A DNA stretch of 64,000 nucleotides from IMGVR_UViG_3300005613_000001:124001-188000; one strand, 5' to 3'. Shown: positions 43,351 through 52,869, counted from the first letter of the stretch. Numbers and translations are program-made. Notes: generated by a model from the letters alone, not told the origin.

Positions 43351-43352
43351 AG

Positions 43353-43424
43353 TGGTCGGAGCGGGAATTGAACCACGCATCTCCCTCTTTAATGGAGGGC
43401 GTTCTAGCGTTGAACTATCCAACC
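43353..43424 (-). tRNA. Aberrant tRNA with TTA (ochre) anticodon, probably non-decoding
   Basis: CCCTC-CA TTA AA-GAGGG; A33, no D-loop GG, bulged T-stem. Confidence 0.45.
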
Positions 43425-43651
43425 ATAACCCTGTCGGGGTCGCAGGGCTTAAAACCCATTTTGACGATCCAACAGGGAACAAATAGTGAGAGTAAGAGGT
43501 TTAGTTCCTTTACTGGCGTTCAGGAATCTAACCTGCCAGGCCCTACTCTCCAATTTGGACTACACACAACGCAACTTTTGGTCACAAAGTACCGGGTCGC
43601 TTTGCGTCCCAGATCTTTGCTTAGGGGTCGCTTTGCGTCCCCCGACCAAAG

Positions 43652-43722
43652 TGGCAAGAGTAGGTATCGCGCCTACCTAAGCCGAACTTATGAGGCTCGG
43701 CGGGTCACTTGACCATCTTGCT
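43652..43722 (-). tRNA. Compact tRNA-like gene with CAT anticodon
   Basis: 4-nt D-loop, 7-bp anticodon stem GCCGAGC/GTTCGGC, T-loop CGCGATA, 1:72 mismatch. Confidence 0.55.
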
Positions 43723-43905
43723 ATATTGTGCAGACCCGCTACTAGCTCTCGCTAGCCTACCCTAAAGGCCGAACTGCACACAGGTTGCCAACCTATCCCT
43801 GATGTTGGCTTTAATGTCGTCAGGGCGACAATTCTCTACGGTACAATTCCTTTTTTTTGTGTCGGCTGCTACACGCTGTTTTTTTGTTTTTGACAGCAGG
43901 GCAAG

Positions 43906-43979
43906 TGGCGGGAACAGGATTCGAACCTGCGACCTCAAGGTTATGAGCCTTGCGAGCTACCGGGCTGCTCCATCCCGCG
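43906..43979 (-). tRNA. tRNA-fMet-like (CAT)
   Basis: CGCGGG start, C1 mismatch, CAAGG-CT CAT AA-CCTTG (only two of three anticodon-stem G-C pairs). Confidence 0.85.
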
Positions 43980-44020
43980 TCATTGGATACTTATATAGTA
44001 GTTTGTCTCTCACTTTTCTC

Positions 44021-44048
44021 ATTATAACATGGAAATTTGTAATGTCAA
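44021..44048 (-). promoter_or_regulatory. Sigma70-type promoter
   Basis: TTGACA-16 nt-TATAAT, extended TG. Confidence 0.75.
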
Positions 44049-44304
44049 GCAACCTTGAAATTTTCGTCCAGACTCGCTCGGGGATTCCAGGTGGTCCGAA
44101 ATTGCCCCTCCTCTGGGGGATCTAATGCATTCCCAAATAAAATGTTGCCTGTCATTACCACAAATTGCCAAAATTCTTCTTGGGTGGTGTCGTCGGGCAA
44201 TTGTGCCCTAATCCGCCTCAACTCCCTCTTTTGGGGGTCGGGATGAAGTGGAACTGTTACTTCCATTGACACCACTCCGACTGAGAGGTTCACGTACAAT
44301 TCCA

Positions 44305-44389
44305 AAATGCGCACTGTAATGCGCTTTCAATAGAATTCTACGCCATAGAACCACAGAATTACACCAAATGCGCATTACAGTGCGCATTT
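44305..44389. repeat. Perfect 20-bp inverted repeat with 45-nt spacer
   Basis: AAATGCGCACTGTAATGCGC ... GCGCATTACAGTGCGCATTT. Confidence 0.85.
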
Positions 44390-44675
44390 AAAAACAACCG
44401 CCCTGGATGGGTTGGGTCTCGTCGTTTAGTAATACCCACCCAGGGCGGTCCAGAGCCAAATTAAGCCGCTGCCCGTCTTCGGGATGGGCGAAGCGGCAAT
44501 CCAAGAACTCTACGCCGTTCCCGTTCTGCTCGGGCATTAACATGCTCTCGGGCATATTGACGGGCAGGAACGGTTTGACCATCTCGCCAATCGGAAATCC
44601 GAATTCCGTTACGACAAAGATAACTGGCGATGCATGCACGCTCTTTATCTGTAACACGCTCAATCGGTTTTCCAA
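44388..44675 (-). CDS. Hypothetical protein
   Basis: ORF track; overlaps the 44461-44796 frame, boundaries uncertain. Confidence 0.4.
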   Translation of the reverse strand: MENRLSVLQIKSVHASPVIFVVTEFGFPIGEMVKPFLPVNMPESMLMPEQNGNGVEFLDCRFAHPEDGQRLNLALDRPGWVLLNDETQPIQGGCF

Positions 44676-44796
44676 ACACCAATGAAGCGATAAACTTGTG
44701 TGAAAAGCCGCCGAACTTGGCGAGGTTTTCTGCCTTCCACTTTTTAATGTCGTCTAATCGCTTCACTCTACGCCGTCTACGCGGTCGTCTAGCCAT
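44461..44796 (-). CDS. Arg-rich hypothetical protein
   Basis: ORF track; coupled to upstream ORF. Confidence 0.45.
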   Translation of the reverse strand: MARRPRRRRRVKRLDDIKKWKAENLAKFGGFSHKFIASLVFGKPIERVTDKERACIASYLCRNGIRISDWRDGQTVPARQYAREHVNARAERERRRVLGLPLRPSRRRAAA

Positions 44797-44963
44797 GTTC
44801 CTTCTCTTTGGTTAGAGGGCTAAGGCACTTAACAACTTTGTATCCGTGCCCATTTTGGAAACTCTTCTTTTTTTGTGCCCAGTGTGTAGCACAAAACACT
44901 AATGTCTTTTTCGTGTTTTGCACCACAACACTAGCCAAGTCTCCACATTTCATACACCGCATT

Positions 44964-45470
44964 TTAAAGCAATGCGGCAATAACCGCAGTGAGTCTCTGA
45001 TTCTGCCGTCGCAGTTCTTCCAATTCCCATTCCATGCGGGTCATTGGTACTGCTTCTTGAGGAATATCCTCTTGAGTTTGACGTTTGCGGTATTTCCTCT
45101 TCTTTTGAGCCACAACAGCAGTAGCTCCCGAAAACTTACGACGGATATCGTAAAACTGGGAGCCTGTAATAGTAATTCCCTTCTTAGCCAATGTGGCCTT
45201 AGCTTTCTCAAATGAAATATCCGGGTTCTTTTGAAGAAGCGTCCGAATCCAATCGGCTTTATTCTTCGTCTTCTTGCCAGTTGTCTTCTTGGCAGTCGTC
45301 TTCTTCGTCTTAGTGTTGTTCATCCGTCCCTTGGTGTCATAGAAAGACTGGGAAGTTGCCTTCACTCCCATTTTCTTAGCTTCAGCGATTGCCTCTTTAG
45401 CCGAAATCGTCGGCGTCTTGGCAAGGATCACACGAAACGCTTCAGCCGCACTCTTGAACTTCGTAGCCAT
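44964..45470 (-). CDS. Lys-rich putative DNA-binding early protein with duplicated domain
   Basis: Two repeats of IR..L.K.P.IS...A...K.G...T.SQFYD; follows promoter at 45517. Confidence 0.7.
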   Translation of the reverse strand: MATKFKSAAEAFRVILAKTPTISAKEAIAEAKKMGVKATSQSFYDTKGRMNNTKTKKTTAKKTTGKKTKNKADWIRTLLQKNPDISFEKAKATLAKKGITITGSQFYDIRRKFSGATAVVAQKKRKYRKRQTQEDIPQEAVPMTRMEWELEELRRQNQRLTAVIAALL

Positions 45471-45516
45471 GTGTCAACTCCTAAATAAGTTGTTCGGGGG
45501 GTACGCTCCTATCCCC

Positions 45517-45544
45517 ATCATACCATAGGAAAAGGGAATGTAAA
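45517..45544 (-). promoter_or_regulatory. Sigma70-type promoter
   Basis: TTTACA-16 nt-TATGAT, extended TG. Confidence 0.65.
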
Positions 45545-45565
45545 CCACGTAACTCTCTTAAGGGT

Positions 45566-46639
45566 ATGAGGTTCATTCCATATCTGGGCAACAAACGCAA
45601 GCTCATAGACCCCATCCTAAAGGCGATAGGACAGCAGGGCAAGGTCTTGGACCTGTTCTCGGGGAGTGGGGTTGTCAGCTATCATCTGCGAAAGCGAGGG
45701 GCTGTCGTCCATGCCAATGATACCGCCTCTTATTCTTATCATATTAATAAGACATACTTGGGAAGAATTGACCGCTCCGAACAGTTTTCCCAATATATAA
45801 ACTGGCTTAATAAATTTAGTGAAAATCCCAGAGAAAGATACTTTTCTAGATATTACAGTGAGAATCCAGACGCTTCAAAGGAAAGAATATACTACACAGC
45901 GAGAAATGGAGCATTCATAGATTTCATTCTTCAACAAGTGTGGGCCAGAACTTGGATTCAAAAAATATTTGAACATTCCAACACCTGGGAATCTCCTGTT
46001 TTGTGTGATTTACTTTACCAAATGTGTACTCACGCAAACACTTCTGGCGTATTCAAATCTTGGCATAAGAAATTTGCAGGAGAGAAACGATTTGAGGGGG
46101 TTCACAAGAGAGTGCATAAATCCAATCTTAAGCGTATTACGACACCTATTAAACTTGAAGTGCCTACGATACCGGAAGGTCCAGAAGGTCAAGCATTCCA
46201 ATACGATGCAATAGAATTCTTTGATCGGGTGGATGATGAATACGACGCAATTTATATTGACCCGCCGTACAATACCCACCAGTATTCTGCTAATTATCAC
46301 CTATTAGAACAAGCCTGCCGCCCCTTTGAAAGAAGATATATACCAACTGACGATCAGGTGAGTGGGATTCAACCGGACTTATACAAATCCCCATATTGCA
46401 GCAAAAAGAAGTTCCACAAGACTTTTGTTGCTCTTTTTGATAAAATTAAAGACCGAACCAATCGCCTCGTAGTCTCCTACAACTCAAAAGGCTTTCTGGG
46501 CCAACAGGAGATTAAAAATCTATTAGGGGAAAGGTTTAATGAGGTTTCAGTCCAAGAGATAGATTACTTTAATTATAGAGGCGGCAGGGCGGCTAAGGAG
46601 CCTGTTAAGGAGCTATTGTTCATTGCGGAGAATTCATGA
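45566..46639 (+). CDS. DNA adenine methyltransferase (D12/FokI-like class)
   Basis: PYLGNKRKL; DLFSGSGVVS; YIDPPYN.HQYSANYHLLE. Confidence 0.88.
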   Translation: MRFIPYLGNKRKLIDPILKAIGQQGKVLDLFSGSGVVSYHLRKRGAVVHANDTASYSYHINKTYLGRIDRSEQFSQYINWLNKFSENPRERYFSRYYSENPDASKERIYYTARNGAFIDFILQQVWARTWIQKIFEHSNTWESPVLCDLLYQMCTHANTSGVFKSWHKKFAGEKRFEGVHKRVHKSNLKRITTPIKLEVPTIPEGPEGQAFQYDAIEFFDRVDDEYDAIYIDPPYNTHQYSANYHLLEQACRPFERRYIPTDDQVSGIQPDLYKSPYCSKKKFHKTFVALFDKIKDRTNRLVVSYNSKGFLGQQEIKNLLGERFNEVSVQEIDYFNYRGGRAAKEPVKELLFIAENS

Positions 46640-47382
46640 ACGTTGTTTGCTTTTTTGAAAATATAATTCATTCACGCATAGGCAAAGACGCAGACAAACT
46701 AATCAGTTTGTGGGAAGAATCGTGGAGTCGGTGGGGGTGGAACCCTATTGTGGCGGGAATAAAACACGCAAAACAGCATCCGATGTATGATGCCTTTAAC
46801 GATACATCTTCTCCACTCTACACTTATTCAACTAACAACCCTAAACACTTGAGGCTTTGTTACTTGAGATGGCTAGCGTATCATTCTTTTGGATGCACCT
46901 GGGCAGATTTGGATGTAATGAACTATGGTGTTACACCGGCTATGATGCCAAAGCTCTCAGATTTGCCAATATATTTTTCTAAGTCTGGTTGTTGCGGTCA
47001 TTCCAATAAAAAGGGGTACTCCAAGATTATAAAAAATCTTTCTAGATTTTTAGATGAAAAAACAACGCAAAACTTTATAATCGATAACGAACAACACACC
47101 AACGACATGAGGTTATCAGCTAGAACACGCGAAGATTTTTACCCGCCCCAGTATATTAATAATCCAGACAATAAATTGAGTTGTACTGATTTCTACAAAG
47201 ACAATGGGGATTATTTATTGGTGCATTACCACGGGCGATTATATCACATTAATTTAGTAATTCAAGAGCATCCAGAGTACACAAACCGCCTCAAATTTAT
47301 TCAAAGGGTCATAAAAGGCTTAGGCAAGAAGCCAAGCAGGGCAAGAATAATACAGGCTATTCGTCCTGTTGCAACTCTTTAA
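46636..47382 (+). CDS. Hypothetical GT-A-like protein
   Basis: CY.RWLAY...DLDVMNY. Confidence 0.55.
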   Translation: MNVVCFFENIIHSRIGKDADKLISLWEESWSRWGWNPIVAGIKHAKQHPMYDAFNDTSSPLYTYSTNNPKHLRLCYLRWLAYHSFGCTWADLDVMNYGVTPAMMPKLSDLPIYFSKSGCCGHSNKKGYSKIIKNLSRFLDEKTTQNFIIDNEQHTNDMRLSARTREDFYPPQYINNPDNKLSCTDFYKDNGDYLLVHYHGRLYHINLVIQEHPEYTNRLKFIQRVIKGLGKKPSRARIIQAIRPVATL

Positions 47383-47549
47383 TCATAAAGAACAACTCTT
47401 CATCAGATTCAGGCATATCCCAACCTTTTTTTTCCATTTCCTCCCGAATTATGGCAAATGCCCGTTGCCGACTCTCAACTACCTCCGATTCGGTCATTTC
47501 AATTCCCATGTCATGCAAATATCGCATTGCACGACGATTATGCTCAACA

Positions 47550-47762
47550 CTAAATGGCTTCATCATCAAACCAATTCCATTCAAATCGTTCATCGGTAAG
47601 GTTCTTGCCATCATCGGCGTATGAATAACACGCCATCGCTCCATAATCTCCACAGTAGCTTCGTGCTTCCTCATCATCTTCACAGACAACTAGCACACTA
47701 GCTTCATCTGTACTCATCCCATCACACGCTCTGCTATCGTAGAGAATGTATTTTCTTTTCAT
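47550..47762 (-). CDS. Small acidic protein
   Basis: ORF chain. Confidence 0.55.
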   Translation of the reverse strand: MKRKYILYDSRACDGMSTDEASVLVVCEDDEEARSYCGDYGAMACYSYADDGKNLTDERFEWNWFDDEAI

Positions 47763-48051
47763 ACCAGATTTCGGTCCCTATTGGTACATCCAATTTGGCA
47801 ATTCCTTTAAGGATCACAGCAAAACGATGTTCCTTTGGTGGTGGCGTTTGGAATTGCGGTGAAATTAATGCTGTTGCTTCAATGTCATGATCGCCTGGAC
47901 GCTTGAGAATAACCACAATCTCAGAGGGTAGTTCAAAATCAATCAGCGGACCAGGAGTAACAATCAATCCTCGTCCCTGTATATCGAACACATCATCAAC
48001 GGTCATAAGCCTATACATTATTTGCACACTTAGGACACAAAGGGGCAGCAT
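47734..48051 (-). CDS. Small beta-barrel protein (start probably MYRLMTV)
   Basis: VDDVFDIQGRGLIVTPG resembles the EF-Tu domain II start; weak. Confidence 0.55.
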   Translation of the reverse strand: MLPLCVLSVQIMYRLMTVDDVFDIQGRGLIVTPGPLIDFELPSEIVVILKRPGDHDIEATALISPQFQTPPPKEHRFAVILKGIAKLDVPIGTEIWYEKKIHSLR

Positions 48052-48182
48052 AGGGGCTAGGACCAGAAGGTGTAGCTTGTGCTATGGGAAACATAACTTC
48101 ACATTCTATGCATTTTATATTATCTCCCTCGCACATTTTCTCCAATTTGGCTTCACCCATTTCGTGAAAATCAGGAAGATGT

Positions 48183-48401
48183 TCATTCATAGTAATGCCA
48201 AACTTCGTGGTTAACGGGACTAATATGCTGTGCGTATGCTGTTATATTAATCACTTCTACAGATGAAGCAAACTCAGCAATAGCATCATAATAAGCCCCC
48301 CAATCAATATCAGCGCCAGCACCAGGAATGAATTTTCCAAATCCCTTAGCTTTTTTTAAATAATTATGGGGGCGAAACACTTTCACACCAACTTGTCTCA
48401 T
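48183..48401 (-). CDS. Hypothetical protein
   Basis: ORF chain. Confidence 0.55.
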   Translation of the reverse strand: MRQVGVKVFRPHNYLKKAKGFGKFIPGAGADIDWGAYYDAIAEFASSVEVINITAYAQHISPVNHEVWHYYE

Positions 48402-48646
48402 TATATTTCCTCACATCCTTGAATTTCCAAGAAGGGTTCATGCCCTTCACCATCAAACTCTTCCACAATATCATCTAACATCATGCTGAATTTTGCTTTT
48501 GCTAGTATTTCAGCATCGGGACCATCTCTTGCTTTGAAATCATCGCTAAAGATAATAGGCTCTCCTTTTTCCCTGCTACCTAAACCTTGACCATTGCATT
48601 CCTCGCAACTACACTTAAACTCGGCATGGACTCTGAATGTCTTCAT
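48401..48646 (-). CDS. Hypothetical protein
   Basis: CSCEECNG.G. Confidence 0.55.
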   Translation of the reverse strand: MKTFRVHAEFKCSCEECNGQGLGSREKGEPIIFSDDFKARDGPDAEILAKAKFSMMLDDIVEEFDGEGHEPFLEIQGCEEI

Positions 48647-48678
48647 GGGGAAGTCCGATGGCCTTTCTATGGAGGATA

Positions 48679-48909
48679 CTACACAAAATCCGATGCATCA
48701 AACTCAGACATTCTTCGGATCATTACCGCAAGTTCATCATTAGGCCACCAACTTGGAAGATCACTCCAATAGCCAGTTGTTGGCTTAAATTCACCACCAA
48801 ATTGCAAGTGGGCTTGCTGTAGCAATATTGTGGCAGCAGCAAGAGTATAAGGCCCAAACACTTTTGGACCACCATCATACGGCTTTGTGACGATTACGTA
48901 ATCCATCAT
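48679..48909 (-). CDS. Hypothetical protein
   Basis: ORF chain. Confidence 0.5.
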   Translation of the reverse strand: MMDYVIVTKPYDGGPKVFGPYTLAAATILLQQAHLQFGGEFKPTTGYWSDLPSWWPNDELAVMIRRMSEFDASDFV

Positions 48910-49112
48910 TCATCCTTCTTGTAGATTGCATCAAATACTTCCTTGCGATGCACAGGAACCTCCTTCGGGGCTTCAACGCCCAATCTCACTTTGTCTCCGC
49001 GTACCTCTACAACTGTAATCACAACAGGGTTGTCTTTGTCGCCAATGATGATACTCTCATTTTTCTTGCGACTTAAAACAATCATGATGAAACTCCTAAA
49101 AGGTAAACGCAT
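48906..49112 (-). CDS. csrA: Carbon storage regulator (start probably MIVLSRK)
   Basis: VLSRKKNESIIIG...ITVVEVRGDKVRLGVEAPKEVPVHRKEV. Confidence 0.93.
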   Translation of the reverse strand: MRLPFRSFIMIVLSRKKNESIIIGDKDNPVVITVVEVRGDKVRLGVEAPKEVPVHRKEVFDAIYKKDE

Positions 49113-49171
49113 ATAAGCCCCAATCCTTCCGAATGGAAGGATTGGGGCAACGAAAGAAACGAAAGGTTGGC

Positions 49172-49498
49172 TTAGCCCTTTTGACCAGCAACCTTCACAA
49201 ACTCCAGAGTATCATGCTCTTGGAGAATGTAGTTGCCATCAACCAACTCGCCATTCACGCGAGCTTGGGCGTCTTCAGGGATATTGAGAACGTGCTTCAA
49301 TTCTCCCCGAACGGTCACTACATCGTGACCGGAAATACTTAAGGTTTGTGCTTCAGCCCCATAAAGGACTTCTACGTTACCGAGCGCCTTATCGATCTTT
49401 TCCTTTGAAGCGGAAACATCGGGCGCGTTCCCTGCCCCACCGCTTGGCTTTTGCTGAGCAGCTTGCTTGGGCTTTTCCTTTTGAACTTGCTTCGCCAT
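49172..49498 (-). CDS. Ubiquitin-like (beta-grasp) protein
   Basis: ARVNG..VD..YIL...DTLEFVK.AG.KG C-terminal Gly; low-complexity N-terminus; E1/JAB context. Confidence 0.78.
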   Translation of the reverse strand: MAKQVQKEKPKQAAQQKPSGGAGNAPDVSASKEKIDKALGNVEVLYGAEAQTLSISGHDVVTVRGELKHVLNIPEDAQARVNGELVDGNYILQEHDTLEFVKVAGQKG

Positions 49499-49530
49499 TT
49501 AAACTCTCCTTGTGATAGAAACAACCAACC

Positions 49531-50217
49531 TTACGATCTTTTACGAGTGTTAGACTTATTAGCTAGAACATCAAGATACGCCTCATCGTACTCTATCTCA
49601 CCTTCAAGGTACGCATAAAACGCATTCAACATTCCGGCTGCAATGTAGTTGTTGGCGATCAAAAGCTGTGGTTCACTCACAACTTCAACGTCACAACCAC
49701 CCTCACGCTCTTCAATGTCTGCCGGACTTTCATCTTCGGGCTCTTCAATTTCAGGATGATATTCATTTGCAATTGGAAGGGTTAGGTTTTCCCCATCTTT
49801 GCGAATATGAACCTGAACGTTTCCGTCAATGTAGTCGTTTCCACCCGAAATCACAACCACATTATCCAACTCTTCACAATGGTCGGATACCAACTTGCGA
49901 GTGGCATGATTATCCACACACGAAAAGATAAGATCACCTTCCCTCAAAAGCATGATGATGTTATCTTGGTCGATATAAGTGGGGTGCGACCGGAAGAAAA
50001 TAGAGGGGAATTCTTTCTCCAACACCTTCGCGGTTACTTCCGCTTTATTCCCCAATTCATCGAAGGCTTGTCGGTCACGATTCTTTTCTTCGTAAGTATC
50101 TCCATCAATAAGAGAAATTTCCGTGTCCTGTAACTCAGGATGGTAATTCAAAAACCTACAAAGCGTATCAAGTAAGCGACCGGCAATCCCGCCGCAACCA
50201 ATCACCCGTATTTTCAT
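49531..50217 (-). CDS. ThiF/E1-family adenylyltransferase
   Basis: VIGCGGI; IDGD..EEKN..RQ; SCVDNHATR; catalytic-type Cys before PQL..AN. Confidence 0.9.
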   Translation of the reverse strand: MKIRVIGCGGIAGRLLDTLCRFLNYHPELQDTEISLIDGDTYEEKNRDRQAFDELGNKAEVTAKVLEKEFPSIFFRSHPTYIDQDNIIMLLREGDLIFSCVDNHATRKLVSDHCEELDNVVVISGGNDYIDGNVQVHIRKDGENLTLPIANEYHPEIEEPEDESPADIEEREGGCDVEVVSEPQLLIANNYIAAGMLNAFYAYLEGEIEYDEAYLDVLANKSNTRKRS

Positions 50218-51563
50218 GCTTTACTCCCTTCATCATTAGGCTCCGAATCCGGCAATGCATCTTTCTGCGAAGCAAGACCATATCCATCCACCTTAATATT
50301 TTCTTCGGTGTCTTCTTCGCCTTCTTCGCCTTCCCAAACATCATCACCCATTTGGGCATTTCGTTCTTGCTCTTCGGCAGCTTCAAGTTCGGACTCTTTT
50401 ACCCAAACACCACCGGCTGTTTGCATATAAGTTTCGCCACCCGTATCTTCATCATCGTCTTCAATATCCTGATGAAGTACCGTGCCGCCACTACGACTGC
50501 CTTGACCAAAGCCAAAACCTCCATAGTTTTGCCAAACTTTTTTTGAGACTTTGGGCAACCAATGAGCATCCATGTGGGCTTCCATTTCGGCCTTCATGGT
50601 CTGCAATTGTTCGGCTGTAAAGTCAAAGTCGTAGTAGTTTTGGTAACCACTGGAAATGTAGTAGCTCTTCTTGGCTTTAGCATCACCAATGCGAACCATA
50701 TTCAACGCAACATTTTCACAATCTACCTCTTCCCGGTAGTCATTCAACACCAAAGAAGATGCAACCGAAAAATGTTCGTCAGTAACGTGGCCCAAGGTTA
50801 AATGCACACCATCAAAACTGGCTTCATCACCTGTATCTGTGCCAGAGTGGAACGCATTAAAACTGGGGTGGGAGTGAATAGTGCCGACATTCATAAAACC
50901 GGCATTAGCCAATTCAAGCATAGCTTGATCCGGCTGTCCCCACTGGTTTTGTTCAGCCGCCGTCAAATTGGCGGGAGCATTAAGTTTGCCACTAGGACTC
51001 TTAACATAGAATCTGCGGTCGTATGAAATAGAACCGCCACTCACTTCCTGCTTTGGACAATGCAAAGCATATTGCTTCGTTTCGGGATTAAAGGCAATGA
51101 TAACAACACCTTCTGCCTTGTGTGCCCGATAAACTTTGCGGAAGAACAGCAATGCCCGATAAATGATTTCACCTGGCAACTTGGGCAGCATCATGTTGAT
51201 ATACGGTTCAACAGCATAAAGCCCTTGATAGTTGCCTTCATCATCATCTTCGAACTTTTCACCAGTAAGAGGATCGATGAGAGTCAAATCTTCTTCATTC
51301 TCATCATCATCCTTCTTCCAGTAGCTATAAGTAGGTTTTGTTTCGGTTTTTGAACCCTTTAGATAGACAGGCCCATCCGGTGTGTCAATACAATATCCCA
51401 CTTTCACCATACCGGGAACGTCTTTCACTGGCATGGCAATTAGACCCTCAAACAGCCCAACGTCCTTGCGGACAAAGGCACCATTCGCAGCGATCACGAA
51501 ATATGTCCCCCGTTCGGGGAATTCCACACCATCTTTAGCTACTATAACCGGATAGATTCCCAT
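50214..51563 (-). CDS. JAB/MPN metalloprotease (deconjugase) with long acidic extensions
   Basis: E...VGTIHSHPSFNAFHSGTDTGDE. Confidence 0.88.
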   Translation of the reverse strand: MGIYPVIVAKDGVEFPERGTYFVIAANGAFVRKDVGLFEGLIAMPVKDVPGMVKVGYCIDTPDGPVYLKGSKTETKPTYSYWKKDDDENEEDLTLIDPLTGEKFEDDDEGNYQGLYAVEPYINMMLPKLPGEIIYRALLFFRKVYRAHKAEGVVIIAFNPETKQYALHCPKQEVSGGSISYDRRFYVKSPSGKLNAPANLTAAEQNQWGQPDQAMLELANAGFMNVGTIHSHPSFNAFHSGTDTGDEASFDGVHLTLGHVTDEHFSVASSLVLNDYREEVDCENVALNMVRIGDAKAKKSYYISSGYQNYYDFDFTAEQLQTMKAEMEAHMDAHWLPKVSKKVWQNYGGFGFGQGSRSGGTVLHQDIEDDDEDTGGETYMQTAGGVWVKESELEAAEEQERNAQMGDDVWEGEEGEEDTEENIKVDGYGLASQKDALPDSEPNDEGSKA

Positions 51564-51602
51564 ACCATTTTCCTTCTGTTAGTGTTGTTGCTGTCTATCC
51601 TA

Positions 51603-51630
51603 ATCTTACCATGAATTCCAAGAGTGGAAA
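51603..51630 (-). promoter_or_regulatory. Possible promoter upstream of JAB-E1-Ubl
   Basis: TTTCCA-16 nt-TAAGAT with extended TG, same geometry as other promoters. Confidence 0.45.
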
Positions 51631-51648
51631 AAATTTAGGCGGGATTTC

Positions 51649-52869
51649 TCAATAATCGTAGTATTTCTTCTTCAAGACATAGCGGAAGGCGTCATACCCG
51701 TACAGGTCAGCCCCGTACAATTCCTTTTTTTCTTCATTGGGGGGCGGGTCTTGCGCACAGCTAGCTAAAAGCTTCTCATATTCCAGCCGTTTGGCCTCAG
51801 CGGCGCGGGTGGCTTTTTCGTATCTTTTCTGTTCTACTTCTGCGGCTTCCCGAGCCGATTTTAAAAGATCTTTCTCGCTGTCAAGGGCTTGATCGTATCT
51901 CTGTTGCATAACCGCCCGAACATCATCGTGCATTTGTGGGATGATAGCCCGAAGCACATCCAGAACATGCCCCTCAATTATAGCTTTTTCGTTTATTCGC
52001 GTGCTCTCTAGACCGTCGAAACACTGCATTACCTGACTTTGAATCTTATCAGAATAAAAGGCAACCGCCTGTTGGGTTAAAAAGTCTCTTTCCCCAACAT
52101 TTAAGTCAACATAATCCCTCAAGGCCCGTTCTGTGTTATGCCAAATATCTCCCAAAACAAACAAAGAATTCTTTGCTGTCTTTCTTTCCCATTTCTTTAG
52201 AGTCAATCCTTTTGGCGTATACTTTTGAAAGGCATAAACTGCATCAGTATTAAACGGTCTCGCCCAGAATTCTGCAATTGTTTTATTCACCACTTCACAA
52301 AGACTATCACCAGTCGGAGGAAAACCTGCCCCCATACAAACATGCATGGTTCCTGAATCCATGATGTTAGGCAAATTGGCGAAGTACAAATCGTCATTAA
52401 GCGATTGTAGTGGCTTAGTTCTATACGCTACTTGAAGGAGGACTACTTCATTGTGATAAGTGACAGTAAAAATAAAAACAACATAAGGAAAAGACAACCT
52501 GTATGCCGTCTTACTACTATCAATACAATTTTCCTCTACAAACCTCTCAGAAAAACTAACTGTGCGAACCTGAGGCTTCTGCTCTACTATAAGCGTATAC
52601 TTCCCCTTATGATTTTCACAGAAAAACTTAGTGCCATCGGGAACAATAAAATTGTTTGTTTTTTGCTCAACCCACCTGGCAATATTTAATTCTATAGTTT
52701 TAGCCACATGCTCGCTAAGCTCGCCAATTGCACCCAAAGTATCATTGGCTGCCTGTATAGCTGTTTTTTGTGATATTTGAGAGACTGTGGACTGAACGAT
52801 AGAAGGCACTAATTCTTTAACTAGCGCCTTCACCCGAGAGTCAGACAAATATTTATGTGGTCTTACCAT
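51649..52869 (-). CDS. Prokaryotic E2 family D-like protein with helical flanks
   Basis: YRLSFPYVVF...LQVAYRTKPL.S...LY..NLPNI.....HVC.G...FW...FN.D. Confidence 0.7.
   Translation of the reverse strand: MVRPHKYLSDSRVKALVKELVPSIVQSTVSQISQKTAIQAANDTLGAIGELSEHVAKTIELNIARWVEQKTNNFIVPDGTKFFCENHKGKYTLIVEQKPQVRTVSFSERFVEENCIDSSKTAYRLSFPYVVFIFTVTYHNEVVLLQVAYRTKPLQSLNDDLYFANLPNIMDSGTMHVCMGAGFPPTGDSLCEVVNKTIAEFWARPFNTDAVYAFQKYTPKGLTLKKWERKTAKNSLFVLGDIWHNTERALRDYVDLNVGERDFLTQQAVAFYSDKIQSQVMQCFDGLESTRINEKAIIEGHVLDVLRAIIPQMHDDVRAVMQQRYDQALDSEKDLLKSAREAAEVEQKRYEKATRAAEAKRLEYEKLLASCAQDPPPNEEKKELYGADLYGYDAFRYVLKKKYYDY

Noticed and set aside
43353-43424. Stop-codon reassignment of the genome
   Set aside because: TAA, TAG and TGA all terminate well-recognised genes at expected lengths
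43594-43641. c-di-GMP-I (GEMM) riboswitch suggested by GGGACGCAAAGC
   Set aside because: No P1 GGCAAACC/GAAA element or P2 GGCCTAA continuation; the motif is simply duplicated as a hairpin
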